A DNA stretch of 64,000 nucleotides from Nostoc sp. (GTDB taxonomy: Bacteria; Cyanobacteriota; Cyanobacteriia; Cyanobacteriales; Nostocaceae). Made by a program: the position numbers and the translations under genes. Positions 21,453 to 32,467 of this stretch are shown one piece after another. Location: NCBI GenBank assembly GCA_036918135.1, contig JBALDB010000028.1:192001-256000 (forward strand), read 5' to 3'. Positions within the stretch are counted from its first letter, which is position 1; the number at the start of each line of letters is the position of its first letter. Below the pieces are notes generated by a model. That model was not told the DNA's origin. It ran no database searches and saw only the letters and a list, made by a program, of their open reading frames with translations.

Positions 21453-22175
21453 TTAAGGCACAAATGCCAAAACCCCCACAGGACAACCAGAACCACCACG
21501 TAATCTCAGAATTGCGATCGCTAAAGTAGTACCTAATGGTGGCAGTTGATCCAAATTGGTGAGATTCTCTAGCACAATGCGCGGTTGTTCTAATACCAGG
21601 CGGTTAGTAGCAAAGCTGTTATCTTGTCCTGGGTCTACACCATGAGTATCAATTCCTACCCCAGCTATTTGCCGTTGCTCAAGTAAAAATTGCGTGGCAT
21701 CACTACCAAACCCTGGAAAGTGGCTAATTCCTTCCGCATCATGATTGAAGAATGCATTTTTATCAAACCACTTTTTTTGCCAACCAGTATTCAGTATAAC
21801 TACGCAGTTAGCAGGAATTTCACCGTGTTGTTCCTCCCAAGCCAGAACATCAGCGATTGTCAGGGCATAATCAAAATTAACTTTGACAGCTTCACGGATA
21901 TCTATGACTACTGCGGGTACAACTAAAGACTGGGCTGGGTATTGGTCTATTCCGATACTATGACTATAAAAGCTATTAGGAGCATTGATATGGGTAGCGC
22001 TATGTTCCCCCAAGGAAAAACGCCGCAGGTAATAGCCATCGTTGTTCAATTGAGCTACAGTTTCAAATTCTACTGGGGGATCGCCAGGCCATTGGGGAAT
22101 GTCCAAGTCAATGACATGACTTAAGTGGATAACACGTGTGTAGGTGATACTCTTTTGATTTTCAGGTTGTATCAT
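21453..22175 (-). CDS. Cyclase family protein (kynurenine formamidase-like)
   Basis: LSH...WPGDP, GEHSATHINAP, FPGF, GVGIDT, VLENL, GGSGCP. Confidence 0.88.
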   Translation of the reverse strand: MIQPENQKSITYTRVIHLSHVIDLDIPQWPGDPPVEFETVAQLNNDGYYLRRFSLGEHSATHINAPNSFYSHSIGIDQYPAQSLVVPAVVIDIREAVKVNFDYALTIADVLAWEEQHGEIPANCVVILNTGWQKKWFDKNAFFNHDAEGISHFPGFGSDATQFLLEQRQIAGVGIDTHGVDPGQDNSFATNRLVLEQPRIVLENLTNLDQLPPLGTTLAIAILRLRGGSGCPVGVLAFVP

Positions 22176-22642
22176 CCCAGCCTTCTATTTAATAAAACAA
22201 AGGATTTCTCTCAAAAATGCGATGTTTAGCCTGGATTTTTAGAAAGTAATAATACAGTATTGCATTGCCCAGTGCGATCGCCGCAGCTGATTTTGCGATC
22301 GGTCACCTTGCAATACGCTTAGGTTAACGAAATTTATCTGCTGAGCTAGGCAGGGGAAGCCCTTGAGGCAGGGAGAGCAAAAAAGGACTATCTCAAACGT
22401 ATTGGGTAACTATGGGCATTGATGAAGCTCAAAGAGAGATTTGAAAAATTAAAATCCACATTAGTGCTATTTTTAACAATTTTATTAAGTACTAGCTTCG
22501 ACTCACTAGCATTGAATACTAGAAATTAAATAAAACGGTGCGTTAGCCTTTGGTATAACGCACCCTACTAAAAAACTGTTTTATAATGCCCGATCCCCTA
22601 TTTTCAAGACAAGTTTAGTTGTCGTAAAATACTTGTCTCAGA

Positions 22643-23428
22643 TCAAAAATCTAGAACTGGCCAGTCTGGTTGGCGATAGTAGCGTGTCATGTCATCAAAC
22701 TTACGCAACTCGACGCGATCGAGCAAAAATTCTGGCAAATTTAACAACCATTGTTGATTTAACTCAGAAAACATTGTACTGAAGCTTGTGCGGTCTAAGT
22801 CAGATGGAATTTCCCCAAAATAGGCTAATGTAATATGCGCTGTAAAGTGATAGTGCTGCTCGATACCCAAAGCAATTAACTTCGGGTTTTGATAAATTGT
22901 TCGGCGAAATTGAATAATTTCCTCGTAGCAGCGTTCATTCTGAGGTATTAAACAAACAGCTACAGCTCTTGGCATCAGTATTAATCCCAGCATTTGCCAT
23001 TGAATAGGATGATTCCTTGTCATCAATCGTTGATATTGCTGAAATATTTGGGTTAAACAAGAGTGTAACTCGTTATCAAATTTGGGATTTTTTTCGCAGG
23101 CGTCAAGGTAAGCATTATCCCAAATTAAATCAGCTAAAGTCAGATGGAAGCTAGCTGGAGGTACGGGTACGATTAAGTCACGGTTTACAGGTAACTGTAA
23201 AAGTTCCTCTTGGTAAATCTGTAATTTGGCATAGAAAGCAGAGTTTTCTGATTCTTCTTCCGCAGGCGGAGTCATTAACGTATAGCCAGGAAAGGGTGCT
23301 GCTTGTCTCACCCCAGAATTTGCCTGAAATTTAGAAGATTCCTGGATATGCTGGGCTTGGGATCTGTATGCTTCTGGCAGTGTCAGCCGTGCTAACCGAT
23401 TTAAGTAAGTTTGATAGTTGTCGTCCAA
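22643..23428 (-). CDS. DUF1868 / 2H-phosphoesterase-like protein
   Basis: PFPGYTL; two HxT motifs (SFHLTL, AHITLAY). Confidence 0.8.
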   Translation of the reverse strand: MDDNYQTYLNRLARLTLPEAYRSQAQHIQESSKFQANSGVRQAAPFPGYTLMTPPAEEESENSAFYAKLQIYQEELLQLPVNRDLIVPVPPASFHLTLADLIWDNAYLDACEKNPKFDNELHSCLTQIFQQYQRLMTRNHPIQWQMLGLILMPRAVAVCLIPQNERCYEEIIQFRRTIYQNPKLIALGIEQHYHFTAHITLAYFGEIPSDLDRTSFSTMFSELNQQWLLNLPEFLLDRVELRKFDDMTRYYRQPDWPVLDF

Positions 23429-23525
23429 TCTTCATAGCCTCACGCTCTCACTTGATAGATTTTAGGGAAAATTATTCAGATTAACAGAATCATCTCAAAA
23501 GTATTTAGTTTTTTAATGTAACGAT

Positions 23526-23656
23526 TGGGGAGTGGGGAGATGGGGGATGGGGAAGTGTGGGGAGTGTGGAAGTGTGGGGGGAAAGATTTCTTCCCCATCT
23601 TCCCACACCCCCCATCCTCCCACACCTCCATTTGTTCCCCATCCTCCCACACTCCC
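23526..23656. repeat. Purine-rich then pyrimidine-rich low-complexity inverted repeat
   Basis: GGGGAGTGGGGAGATGGGGGATGGGG... followed by CTTCCCCATCTTCCCACACCCCC... Confidence 0.75.
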
Positions 23657-23690
23657 TGTTTGCCTGATGCCCCCATTAAGAGGTAACTCT

Positions 23691-24686
23691 ATGCCAATCT
23701 ACGTTTACTGGGGTGAGGATGATTTTGCTATGGAAAAAGCGATCGCTATGCTGCGCGATCGCGTCCTCGATCCCCAATGGATCGGTTTTAACTACACTTC
23801 ATTTCCACCGGAGCGAGCTGATGCTGCTATTGAGGCGTTAAATCAGGTGATGACGCCAACTTTTGGCGCTGGTGGACGCTTGGTGTGGCTGATTAACACT
23901 ACTGTTTGCCAGCACTGTCCAGAGAATGTATTGGCAGAATTGGGGCGATCGCTACCAGTGATTCCGGAAAACTCTTTTTTATTGTTCACCAGCCGTAACA
24001 AACCCGATGAACGACTCAAATCTACGAAATTGTTAAAACAATTTGCTACCGAGTTCCGAGAATTTCCACTTATTCCTCCTTGGAAAACAGAATTACTGGT
24101 GCAATCTGTTAACCAAGCTGCTCAAACTCTGGGCGTGAAATTGACAGCGAAAACTGCTGAGTTATTGGCTGAATCTGTAGGAAATGATACACGGCTTCTC
24201 TATAATGAGATGGAAAAATTGCGTTTACATGCCCAAGGTAGTCATAAACCTTTAGACGTAGATATCATTAGTAAGTTAGTAAGAAATACTACCCAAAATA
24301 GTTTACAATTAGCAGCAGCAATTAGAACAGGAGACACAGGAAAAGCTTTGATTACGTTAGCCGATCTCATCAATGCTTCTGAGCCTGGATTACGGATAGT
24401 GTCTACACTAATTGGACAATTTCGCACCTGGCTATGGGTAAAGATTATGATGGAAAGCGGTGAGCGAAATCAACAAGCGATCGCTCAAGCTGCTGATATC
24501 GGCAATCCTAAACGCATCTACTTTTTACAGCAAGAAATTAAGCTCCTTTGTGTAGAGCAGTTAATCTCTTGCTTACCCCTGCTACTGGAGTTAGAAGTCA
24601 GCCTTAAACAAGGAGCATCAGAAATGTCAGCACTCCAAACTAAAGTAATTGAACTTTGTCAAATATGTCGAGGAAGTTCACAATAA
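23691..24686 (+). CDS. holA: DNA polymerase III subunit delta
   Basis: MPIYVYWGEDDF...TPTFGAGGRLV...GNDTRLLYNEMEKL. Start reassigned from 23532, whose extension is repeat-derived. Confidence 0.93.
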   Translation: MPIYVYWGEDDFAMEKAIAMLRDRVLDPQWIGFNYTSFPPERADAAIEALNQVMTPTFGAGGRLVWLINTTVCQHCPENVLAELGRSLPVIPENSFLLFTSRNKPDERLKSTKLLKQFATEFREFPLIPPWKTELLVQSVNQAAQTLGVKLTAKTAELLAESVGNDTRLLYNEMEKLRLHAQGSHKPLDVDIISKLVRNTTQNSLQLAAAIRTGDTGKALITLADLINASEPGLRIVSTLIGQFRTWLWVKIMMESGERNQQAIAQAADIGNPKRIYFLQQEIKLLCVEQLISCLPLLLELEVSLKQGASEMSALQTKVIELCQICRGSSQ

Positions 24687-24788
24687 ATATAAAAGCTTGA
24701 TGTATTGGGCAATTACTGGAACTTCCTACTCCGAAAATAATTCAAAGTTGTTATAAGATACCTGATGTAGTTTTGTATTACACACAAT

Positions 24789-25256
24789 ATGAAGAAAATT
24801 TCTCATTTCTTTTCTCAATCTAACCGAAAGCGAATCCTTTCCCAATCATTATTTTTCGGTTTTGTAGCCACTGTGGGTTTGATTTCCAACGGTTTTTCAT
24901 CAAGTTCAAAAGTTTATGGTCAAACTCCACCAGTTAACAATACAGAAATTAAAAGCTATGCCCAAGCGGTGCTAGCAATGGAACCAGCGCGTCAAAACGC
25001 GTTTGAAGAAATTAAAAAACTTATTGGCAGTGGAGAAATTCCCAAGATTGTTTGTAATGATTCTAACAGCATCAATGGTCTTCCCAGAAAAGCTCAAGAT
25101 ATTGCAGTTAATTACTGTACCCGTTCTCAAAAAATTGTCGAAGATAATGGTCTGAGCATTGATCGTTTCAACAAAATTACTATAGAACTGCAAAATAACA
25201 ATAACTTAAAACGGGAGGTATATAATACCTTATTAATCCTGCAACAAACTCCATAA
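24789..25256 (+). CDS. DUF4168-domain secreted protein
   Basis: Signal-like N-terminus; EIKSYAQAVLAMEP...IVEDNGLSIDRFNKI. Confidence 0.78.
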   Translation: MKKISHFFSQSNRKRILSQSLFFGFVATVGLISNGFSSSSKVYGQTPPVNNTEIKSYAQAVLAMEPARQNAFEEIKKLIGSGEIPKIVCNDSNSINGLPRKAQDIAVNYCTRSQKIVEDNGLSIDRFNKITIELQNNNNLKREVYNTLLILQQTP

Positions 25257-25490
25257 ATGAGATAGGGACATAGCATTACTATGTTTATGTTAAAATAAAA
25301 ATTAGAGATTACCATATTAAACCTGTAAGCAGTCAACAGTTATCAGAAAACATTGGGAACTGATAACTGGTAATTTTTTATTACTGGGTAGTAGCATAAC
25401 CCCAAAATCGGATTTTTAGCAGATAAATTCCTATCTTTGCTTTGTTTATTTAATAGTTTTGACGTTATGAATTAAAAGCTTTACTGATGC

Positions 25491-25823
25491 TTATTGTTTA
25501 ATTTTTAATAAAGGTAGCACCTTCTGTTTTAACAATTCAATTAAAGCTGGTTCCATATACTCATATTCATCTGGTATATCTAAACATATAATTTTTTTAT
25601 CTCTAAGGCAGCGCTGAAAATTTTTTGATAGCTTGTTTTTATGCGATTTTTCCATAACAAAGATAATATCAGCCCAAGCAAGTGCCTCTGTTGAAACTGG
25701 TACTTCTGTGTATCGGTCTAAACCAGCCGAGTCCGTTTCAAATCCTTGATATTCAGAAAACACAGCTTCGGCGGTAGGACTTCGCAACCTATTTCGACTA
25801 CAAATAAATAAAAGCTTTTTCAT
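25491..25823 (-). CDS. Low-molecular-weight protein tyrosine phosphatase family
   Basis: LFICSRNRLRSPTAE (CxxNxxRS), WADIIFVME, LDIPD. Confidence 0.9.
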   Translation of the reverse strand: MKKLLFICSRNRLRSPTAEAVFSEYQGFETDSAGLDRYTEVPVSTEALAWADIIFVMEKSHKNKLSKNFQRCLRDKKIICLDIPDEYEYMEPALIELLKQKVLPLLKIKQ

Positions 25824-25843
25824 TAAAAGGTTGTCTTTGACTG

Positions 25844-26236
25844 CTAATTCATCAGCAAAACACGCAATTTTCGATTTTTAAAGTCTGGTTCTAACCTTAA
25901 AACTTCCATTGGCGTTACACCTGAAAGCGCATAAGGTACTTCTGTAAGTTCCAAACAATCAAAAGTTCCTTGCCTTTCTCCAATACTTAATTCAACATCT
26001 CGAAAAATTCGCCCTTGCTGCACTCCAGCTGCAGTTTCTACCTGAGCTTCTCCACCTTGAACTAAACCTAGTTGACTAATAACGCTAGTAGGTAAACACA
26101 GTAATGTTAAACCTGTATCAACTAAAACATCATCCAGCGTACAAGAGCGTACTTCCTCCAAAGAAATAAAGCCTCGCCCAGCCAGAACTCGCTCGATTCG
26201 ATTTGTGACAGTGAGGGTAACTATTACTTGTCCCAT
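25844..26236 (-). CDS. Retroviral-like (clan AA) aspartyl protease
   Basis: VLVDTG motif; upstream in-frame extension (ATG 26275) is interrupted by TAG. Confidence 0.78.
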   Translation of the reverse strand: MGQVIVTLTVTNRIERVLAGRGFISLEEVRSCTLDDVLVDTGLTLLCLPTSVISQLGLVQGGEAQVETAAGVQQGRIFRDVELSIGERQGTFDCLELTEVPYALSGVTPMEVLRLEPDFKNRKLRVLLMN

Positions 26237-26423
26237 CTGCTTACCCTAAAGATTTGGCAGTACTAGCTTACCCATTTGAGTTAACTCTTGGTGAGGATTT
26301 TAAATTTATTGTAGTTGAGTAATAACCAGAGCTAGTTTCAATCCTTAAGCGACGAGGAGTGTACGAAAAAGTAGTACAGTGAAAAATGCATCTAGTAGCG
26401 TTAGGATCTTGACTAAATTACCT

Positions 26424-27155
26424 GTGCGAAAAATAGTTATTGCCGGTAACTGGAAAATGTACAAAACCCAGGCAGAGTCCGAAGACTTTTTACGAGGATT
26501 TTTGCCCTACCTACAAGAAACGCCTGAAGAACGTGAAGTACTATTGTGCCCTCCTTTCACTGACCTCAGCGTTTTGTCTAGGAATTTACATGGTAGTCGG
26601 GTGCAACTGGGGGCACAAAATGTGCATTGGGATGAATTTGGAGCCTACACGGGTGAAATTTCTGCCCCAATGCTGACAGAAATTGGCGCGCGTTTTGTGA
26701 TTGTCGGTCATAGCGAACGCCGACAATACTTTGGTGAAACGGACGCCACTGTTAATCTGCGCCTGAGAACAGCTCAAAGGTTTGGTTTGACGCCAATTCT
26801 CTGTGTTGGCGAAACTAAACAACAACGAGATAACGGAGAAACTGAATCATTCATTACTCTCCAACTCGACAAAGGTTTGGTAGATATCGATCGAGAAAAT
26901 TTGGTGATAGCCTATGAACCAATTTGGGCAATTGGGACTGGTGATACTTGTGAAGCTGTCGAAGCTAATCGAATAATTGGCTTAATTCGTAGCCAATTGA
27001 GCAATCCAAATGTATCAATTCAATATGGTGGCTCAGTCAAGCCGAATAATATTGATGAAATCATGGCTCAACCAGAAATTGATGGCGTTTTAGTGGGAGG
27101 AGCAAGTCTCGACCCTGAGAGTTTCGCTCGGATTGTCAATTATAAGTTAGTCTGA
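26424..27155 (+). CDS. tpiA: Triosephosphate isomerase
   Basis: [36 protein letters not shown]; likely GTG start at 26424. Confidence 0.98.
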   Translation: MRKIVIAGNWKMYKTQAESEDFLRGFLPYLQETPEEREVLLCPPFTDLSVLSRNLHGSRVQLGAQNVHWDEFGAYTGEISAPMLTEIGARFVIVGHSERRQYFGETDATVNLRLRTAQRFGLTPILCVGETKQQRDNGETESFITLQLDKGLVDIDRENLVIAYEPIWAIGTGDTCEAVEANRIIGLIRSQLSNPNVSIQYGGSVKPNNIDEIMAQPEIDGVLVGGASLDPESFARIVNYKLV

Positions 27156-27280
27156 TGTGTCTTTTTTCGTTCCCATGCTGTGCATGGGAATGGTTAATAT
27201 CGCCGCAAGCCTTAGCTTCGATTTTTGAGTTTATCTGTGAAGTACTCTGAATTCTGACTTTTGAATTCTGACTTCTTTTT

Positions 27281-28132
27281 ATGCCAAGTAACTTGATAAT
27301 TCGAGGACGCTGTTTCGAGTGGGGACAGCGAACTTATTTGATGGGCATTTTGAATGTGACACCTGATAGCTTTAGCGATGGAGGTGAGTTTGACACGACC
27401 TCTGCGGCTTTAGTCCAGGCGCAAGCATTGGTGGCTGCTGGCGCTGACATTATCGATGTGGGTGGTCAATCAACTCGACCAGGAGCAAAACAAATAACTC
27501 TCCAAGAGGAACTTGACCGGGTGCTATCGGTGTTACAGGTACTTAGAGGAGAAATTTCAGTACCGATTTCTGTAGATACTACCCGTGCTGCTGTAGCAAG
27601 AGCCTCTGTAGAAGCTGGAGCGGATATGATTAATGATATTTCTGGCGGTAGCTTTGACTGGGAAATGTTGCCAACAGCGGCCAGTTTAGGTGTGCCAATT
27701 ATTTTAATGCACATCCGAGGAACACCACAAACGATGCAACAGATGACAGATTATCAGGATTTGATGGTAGAAATTTTTAGTTTTTTGCAAAACCAAATCG
27801 CGGCTGCAACTGCTGCTGGCGTTGACCGGGATCGGGTGATTATCGATCCTGGGATTGGTTTTGCGAAGAATTATCAGCAAAATTTAAAAATTTTTCAACA
27901 ATTGCGATCGCTCACAGCACTTAACTGTCCTATTTTAGTAGGAGCATCTCGTAAAAGTTTCATTGGTCGGATTCTCAATCAACCAGATCCCAAAGCACGA
28001 GTTTGGGGAACCGCAGCAGCTTGTTGTGCTGCTATCGCGAATGGCGCTGATATCCTGCGAGTTCACGATGTCCAACAAATGCGAGATGTTTCCCTGGTAG
28101 CCGATGCAATATTCCGACAAGCCGCACAGTAG
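27281..28132 (+). CDS. folP: Dihydropteroate synthase
   Basis: MGILNVTPDSFSDGG, DPGIGF, SRKSF, RVHDV. Confidence 0.98.
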   Translation: MPSNLIIRGRCFEWGQRTYLMGILNVTPDSFSDGGEFDTTSAALVQAQALVAAGADIIDVGGQSTRPGAKQITLQEELDRVLSVLQVLRGEISVPISVDTTRAAVARASVEAGADMINDISGGSFDWEMLPTAASLGVPIILMHIRGTPQTMQQMTDYQDLMVEIFSFLQNQIAAATAAGVDRDRVIIDPGIGFAKNYQQNLKIFQQLRSLTALNCPILVGASRKSFIGRILNQPDPKARVWGTAAACCAAIANGADILRVHDVQQMRDVSLVADAIFRQAAQ

Positions 28133-28137
28133 GATTT

Positions 28138-28980
28138 TTAAGTAGCACCGTTTTCGGACTTTTTGCTGCTATCTTCGTGAGTCACCGACTGACCAATCAA
28201 TTCCTGAAACATTTCACTTGAGTTGGCTGGGTCTACAAAGACAATTTTGGCATTATTGCTTTCTCCGAGTTGTTGGCTAGCCTTGACGTAATCTTGAGCC
28301 ACGAGATACCGGAGAATTTCCTTGCTTTCTGGATTGGAACGTAAGGCTTTAGCAATGATCTCAACTGAAGTCATAGTTCCTTCTGCTTTGCGAATGGCGG
28401 CTTCCTTCTGTCCTTCTGCTTCAGTAATTAGTGCCCGTTTTCTGATTTCAGCAGCTTGCTGATCTTCTCTGGACTTGCGTACGCTCTCAGGTAGAGTAAT
28501 ACTTTGAAGATCTAAACGCAGAATCTGCACTCCCCAATCTGCCGTTATTTCATTCAACTGGTCTAAGATGGCTCTATCCATCTCCGCTCTGGAAACATTG
28601 GTCTGCTCAAGGGTATTTTGGGCAATGATTTCCCGCAGCGTTGTTGTGGCCAGCTGTGTCAATGCTCCTTGAAGATCTTCAATAGCGTAAAAGCTTTTTT
28701 CAATATTTGTAATCCGCCAGTATACAATTGCATCTACTTCTACGTCAACATTATCTTGAGTGATCACATTCTGGGGTTTGATATCGAGATACTGCTCTCG
28801 CGTAGTATCTTCCATCACAATTTGATCTACCAAGGGAACAATAAAGTTTAGCCCTGGCTTAAGTTTTCGATGATACCGCCCCAAGCGTTCCACTAAGGCT
28901 TCATTACCTTGATTAATCAGTTTTGCAGAACCTAAGGCATAACCTATAAGGGCTAAGACTATAGCAATGATTGGCTCCAT
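28138..28980 (-). CDS. SPFH/stomatin-like membrane protein
   Basis: N-terminal TM; LVERLGRY...PGLNFIVP; VITQDNV; WGV. Confidence 0.92.
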   Translation of the reverse strand: MEPIIAIVLALIGYALGSAKLINQGNEALVERLGRYHRKLKPGLNFIVPLVDQIVMEDTTREQYLDIKPQNVITQDNVDVEVDAIVYWRITNIEKSFYAIEDLQGALTQLATTTLREIIAQNTLEQTNVSRAEMDRAILDQLNEITADWGVQILRLDLQSITLPESVRKSREDQQAAEIRKRALITEAEGQKEAAIRKAEGTMTSVEIIAKALRSNPESKEILRYLVAQDYVKASQQLGESNNAKIVFVDPANSSEMFQELIGQSVTHEDSSKKSENGAT

Positions 28981-29953
28981 ATATGCTCCTATTTAGCTGT
29001 TTGGGAGAATTTAGTGTCAAGGATATGCTACTAGCTTGTCATAACCTTTGATTAAATGTTTTGAGTCTGTAATTTTATGAACCCCGGTAGTGATGTCTAA
29101 TGTCGATTGGCTGGGTGTTTTGGATGTATTCTGCAAGCAGGAAACTTTTGCGAAACGCGATCGCTATTAAAGCACCTCGATCGCACCCTGGCAAGCAGTA
29201 CTTTCTGTAATCAGCTTTACTTACACCAACATCTCCACAGAAACAAGATTTACTTACGTATATTTATTTTAAGTAAATAAATATACTTGAAATTTAGTAG
29301 TAATTTCAAAACTCTAGTAGAATCGAATTAAAATTATGTTCAGCCACTAAAAATAATATACAAATACTATAAGTAGGCTGCTCTCAAACTTATAGGTTTA
29401 ATCTTACTTTTTACTGGTTGATACTTTTTTGTTCAAAACATCATATTTGTTAGGGGTTATTATTCAGTTTTTTCACGCAGCTTACCTGTGGTAGCCTCAG
29501 TTTTAGCAATTATAGCAGGTGCGTTTACACAAGTATTTTTCACACAGAAGCTAGTAATTTGGGATAGATTTTATTAGATATTGGGATAGTACTAGTTTTC
29601 TTGAGTGATGAAGTAATTTTTAGCTTGAATAGCTTATAGAATTTATTGGTTGCTTTCACTGCATTAACAGTCGGCGATAAATAGATTCAATCAGGGCAGA
29701 ATCAACTTTTAAAAATAGCAGAGTCAGGAGAATTTAACATAATCATTTTCTCCTGTTGTTAATTAAAGCTGAGGAGCATTAGGGCACTAAGATTAAATTT
29801 ATGGCTAAGTACCGATTTGCAGAAGCTAGAAGCACGCATAACCAATCTCAACCAGACGAATAACCTCGCAATCATGGCTTTGTTCAGGGGGGTTTTACTA
29901 AGGTTGAGGCTACTATTACAATGGAAACTATTGATTATGAGGACAAGGCAAGA

Positions 29954-30133
29954 ATGACCCAGGTTGTTCTAGGAGAGAATGAAGGAATAGATTCAGCTTT
30001 ACGTCGGTTTAAACGCCAGGTTTCTAAAGCTGGCATATTGGCTGACGTAAAATATCATCGGCACTTTGAAACACCGTTAGAAAAACGTAAACGTAAGGCA
30101 GTGGCAGCTAGACGCAAAAGACGTTTTAAATAA
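29954..30133 (+). CDS. rpsU: 30S ribosomal protein S21
   Basis: [29 protein letters not shown]...[11 protein letters not shown]. Confidence 0.97.
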   Translation: MTQVVLGENEGIDSALRRFKRQVSKAGILADVKYHRHFETPLEKRKRKAVAARRKRRFK

Positions 30134-30285
30134 ACTTATTTGCTTTAGTACTGACGTTGCTTGGGGTAATAACCTACGATAGGCAACGATGCAACCGCCA
30201 TTATTCTTACAAAAATTAACCAAGATGTGCCGCACCCTGAGGGTGTAAATGAGTCAGTTTACCTATGCACAGAGTGTGTAGGAGG

Positions 30286-30339
30286 TTTATTTTGGTTGGA
30301 TGGAGTAAGCTAAAATCGCTGTCCATCAACCAAAATAAG
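30286..30339. terminator. Long hairpin between convergent rpsU and pth
   Basis: TTATTTTGGTTGGATGGA ... TCCATCAACCAAAATAA inverted repeat. Confidence 0.55.
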
Positions 30340-30433
30340 CGCCCTAGAAGATGGAAAGATGCGGGAGATGAGCCAGATGAGGGAGAATAAATCCCAACTG
30401 TTAACTCCTAACTCAGCACTAGGTACTGGGCAC

Positions 30434-31069
30434 TCAGCACTCATTAATGGTGCGACTATTACAAAGATTCATCGCCTTTTCTACTCCCTGCTTGAGGCTT
30501 AGTTCTACACATTCAACCACAAACTGAAGTACAAGAGACATCAGCTGATTTTCGCTAGCGGAAAATCGTCCCAGCACATGGGAGATAGCATCTGAATCAT
30601 CATTATTAGCTGCATCTTTGGGTTTACCAATACCGATTCGCAAACGGGGAAAATTTTGGGTATTTAAATGTGCGATCGCACTTTTCATTCCATTATGTCC
30701 CCCAGCCGAACCAGATAAGCGCAGACGAGTCTTTCCCAAAGGCAAATCCATATCGTCATAAATTATTAGCACAGATTCAGGTGGTAATTTATACCAACTT
30801 GTTACTGCTTGTATGGCTTGTCCAGAACGATTCATATAAGTCAACGGCTTGAGCAAGCGAATTTTCCCTCCGCTTGGGGCCATACCCTCGCCATACTCTC
30901 CCTGAAACTTGCGATTTTCCGCTAGAGAAATGCGCCAAGCACTACAAAGAGCTTCCACAGCCGCAAAGCCGATATTATGGCGTGTTTGGTCGTACTTGCT
31001 TTCTGGATTCCCCAACCCGACAATTAGCTGGGGAATCACCAAAGCTGGTTGTGTAACAGCTTGTGTCAT
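30434..31069 (-). CDS. pth: Peptidyl-tRNA hydrolase
   Basis: LIVGLGNP, TRHNIGF, KPLTYMNRSG, GGHNG, RLRIGIG. Confidence 0.97.
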   Translation of the reverse strand: MTQAVTQPALVIPQLIVGLGNPESKYDQTRHNIGFAAVEALCSAWRISLAENRKFQGEYGEGMAPSGGKIRLLKPLTYMNRSGQAIQAVTSWYKLPPESVLIIYDDMDLPLGKTRLRLSGSAGGHNGMKSAIAHLNTQNFPRLRIGIGKPKDAANNDDSDAISHVLGRFSASENQLMSLVLQFVVECVELSLKQGVEKAMNLCNSRTINEC

Positions 31070-31084
31070 TTTGCTATAGTCAAT

Positions 31085-31317
31085 CAATTTTAGATTTTAG
31101 ATTTGCGATAGCTAGCTCACGCCTAGTCTGTGAGCGTCCTTTGGATTGAAACAGACCACAAGGATACATAGCTTAGTGATTTTAGATTGGCGGTAGCGTA
31201 ACGTCGAAACCAGCGTCTTTTAGATTTCCACGAGACGTTGCTCTCAACCGTAAAACAATCTAAAATCTGGCGTTGTGCTGTCAGCGCACCTTTGGCGCGA
31301 CCTAAAATCTAAAATTG
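31085..31317. mobile_element. Heptamer-ended MITE-like element carrying nested small GC-rich inserts
   Basis: Perfect 16-bp IR CAATTTTAGATTTTAG / CTAAAATCTAAAATTG; three GC-rich inserts interrupt the heptamer runs. Confidence 0.6.
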
Positions 31318-31327
31318 GTATCTTCTC

Positions 31328-31600
31328 CTAGCCAACTTGGGAAGAACTAGCAGTATCGTGCTGTGATTTAGCAGGCTCAATTTGCTTAGGTTCCAATTCA
31401 GCAGTAGTTTTCACAGTTTCTTCTAACTGTTCAGCTTCTTTTTGAAACTCGGTTTGAAACTCCTTAGAAGCTTCTTGAAAACTGCGAATTGTTTTGCCCA
31501 CACTCCGGCCAATCTCAGGTAACTTCTTCGGCCCAAAGATTAACAGCGCCACTACCATAATTACAGCCATTTCCGGCAGACCGATACCAAATATATTCAT
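31328..31600 (-). CDS. tatA: Twin-arginine translocase TatA/E
   Basis: FGIGLPEM...LLIFGPKKLPEIGRSVGK. Confidence 0.96.
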   Translation of the reverse strand: MNIFGIGLPEMAVIMVVALLIFGPKKLPEIGRSVGKTIRSFQEASKEFQTEFQKEAEQLEETVKTTAELEPKQIEPAKSQHDTASSSQVG

Positions 31601-31807
31601 TTTTTATCTCCAATAAACTCTAAAACCACTACATAGGCTCACATATTATTATGTAGTCTACTCAATAATCACCTATTATAGAAAGCGATCGCCCCACCAG
31701 CGAGTGATGCCTTATGTGTGCGAGCGTCAAAGATTTAGAACAATTACAATCACTTTGTAAATACTTAACTTCACGTAGTCTACTCAATAGTTAGCACTGA
31801 CTATTAA

Positions 31808-31830
31808 CAAAAAACCCGGACTAGCCGGGT
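31808..31830 (-). terminator. Rho-independent terminator of psbH
   Basis: Minus strand ACCCGG-CTAGT-CCGGGT followed by a T-run. Confidence 0.75.
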
Positions 31831-31873
31831 AGTGAGTTCACTTGTTATCCAAACTAAATAACTCCGGTATCTA

Positions 31874-32077
31874 TTAGCGTCCTAAACTCCGCCAATCGAC
31901 AAATACATCTTGAATCAAGATTGTTTTATTGTAAAGTTGCAGAATAATCAGCAGAAACACAAAAAACAGCAACATAAAAACAGCCATTACAGGGGTAGTA
32001 CCCCAACCTGGAGCCACCTTCCCATACTCAGAGTTCAGGGGTTTCAGGATATCTCCCAACCTAGTCCTTTGTGCCAT
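31874..32077 (-). CDS. psbH: Photosystem II reaction centre protein H
   Basis: [29 protein letters not shown]. Confidence 0.98.
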   Translation of the reverse strand: MAQRTRLGDILKPLNSEYGKVAPGWGTTPVMAVFMLLFFVFLLIILQLYNKTILIQDVFVDWRSLGR

Positions 32078-32162
32078 AATTCACCTAAGATTACTTGCCC
32101 AAGCTTTTTTTAATCTTCTGTAATATTCTATAAGAATAGCACTCATAATCAATCTTTAAATT

Positions 32163-32294
32163 ATGGAACCCGCAATAGTTCTTAGTATTTCTTTCTGCGC
32201 CGTCTTAATAACCATTACAGCCTATGGAATTTATACTTCCTTTGGGCCTCCCAGCAAGCAGTTGAGCGATCCTTTTGAAGATCACGAAGACTAG
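32163..32294 (+). CDS. psbN: Photosystem II assembly protein PsbN (absent from the ORF track)
   Basis: Manual translation MEPAIVLSISFCAVLITITAYGIYTSFGPPSKQLSDPFEDHED*; divergent from psbH as usual. Confidence 0.96.
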   Translation: MEPAIVLSISFCAVLITITAYGIYTSFGPPSKQLSDPFEDHED

Positions 32295-32467
32295 GAAAGT
32301 CATTTTGTCAATAGTCATTTGTCAGTGGGAAATCACAACTGACTATAAAAAAGTGACTTCAAAATAGAAAAGTATTTCTTGTAAAGTGGTGTCTCGCCCG
32401 CCAATAACCAAAGGCGGACAAGATGCCCACTTCATAAGATTAGATAATTTGGCAATCCTTTAGTGGC

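Noticed and set aside
23532..23690. N-terminal extension of HolA in the ORF track
   Set aside because: It is a translation of the low-complexity repeat; the family-typical start is 23691.
29000..29950. Hidden gene or ncRNA in the long spacer before rpsU
   Set aside because: No convincing ORF, rbp remnant or recognisable RNA structure was found by eye.
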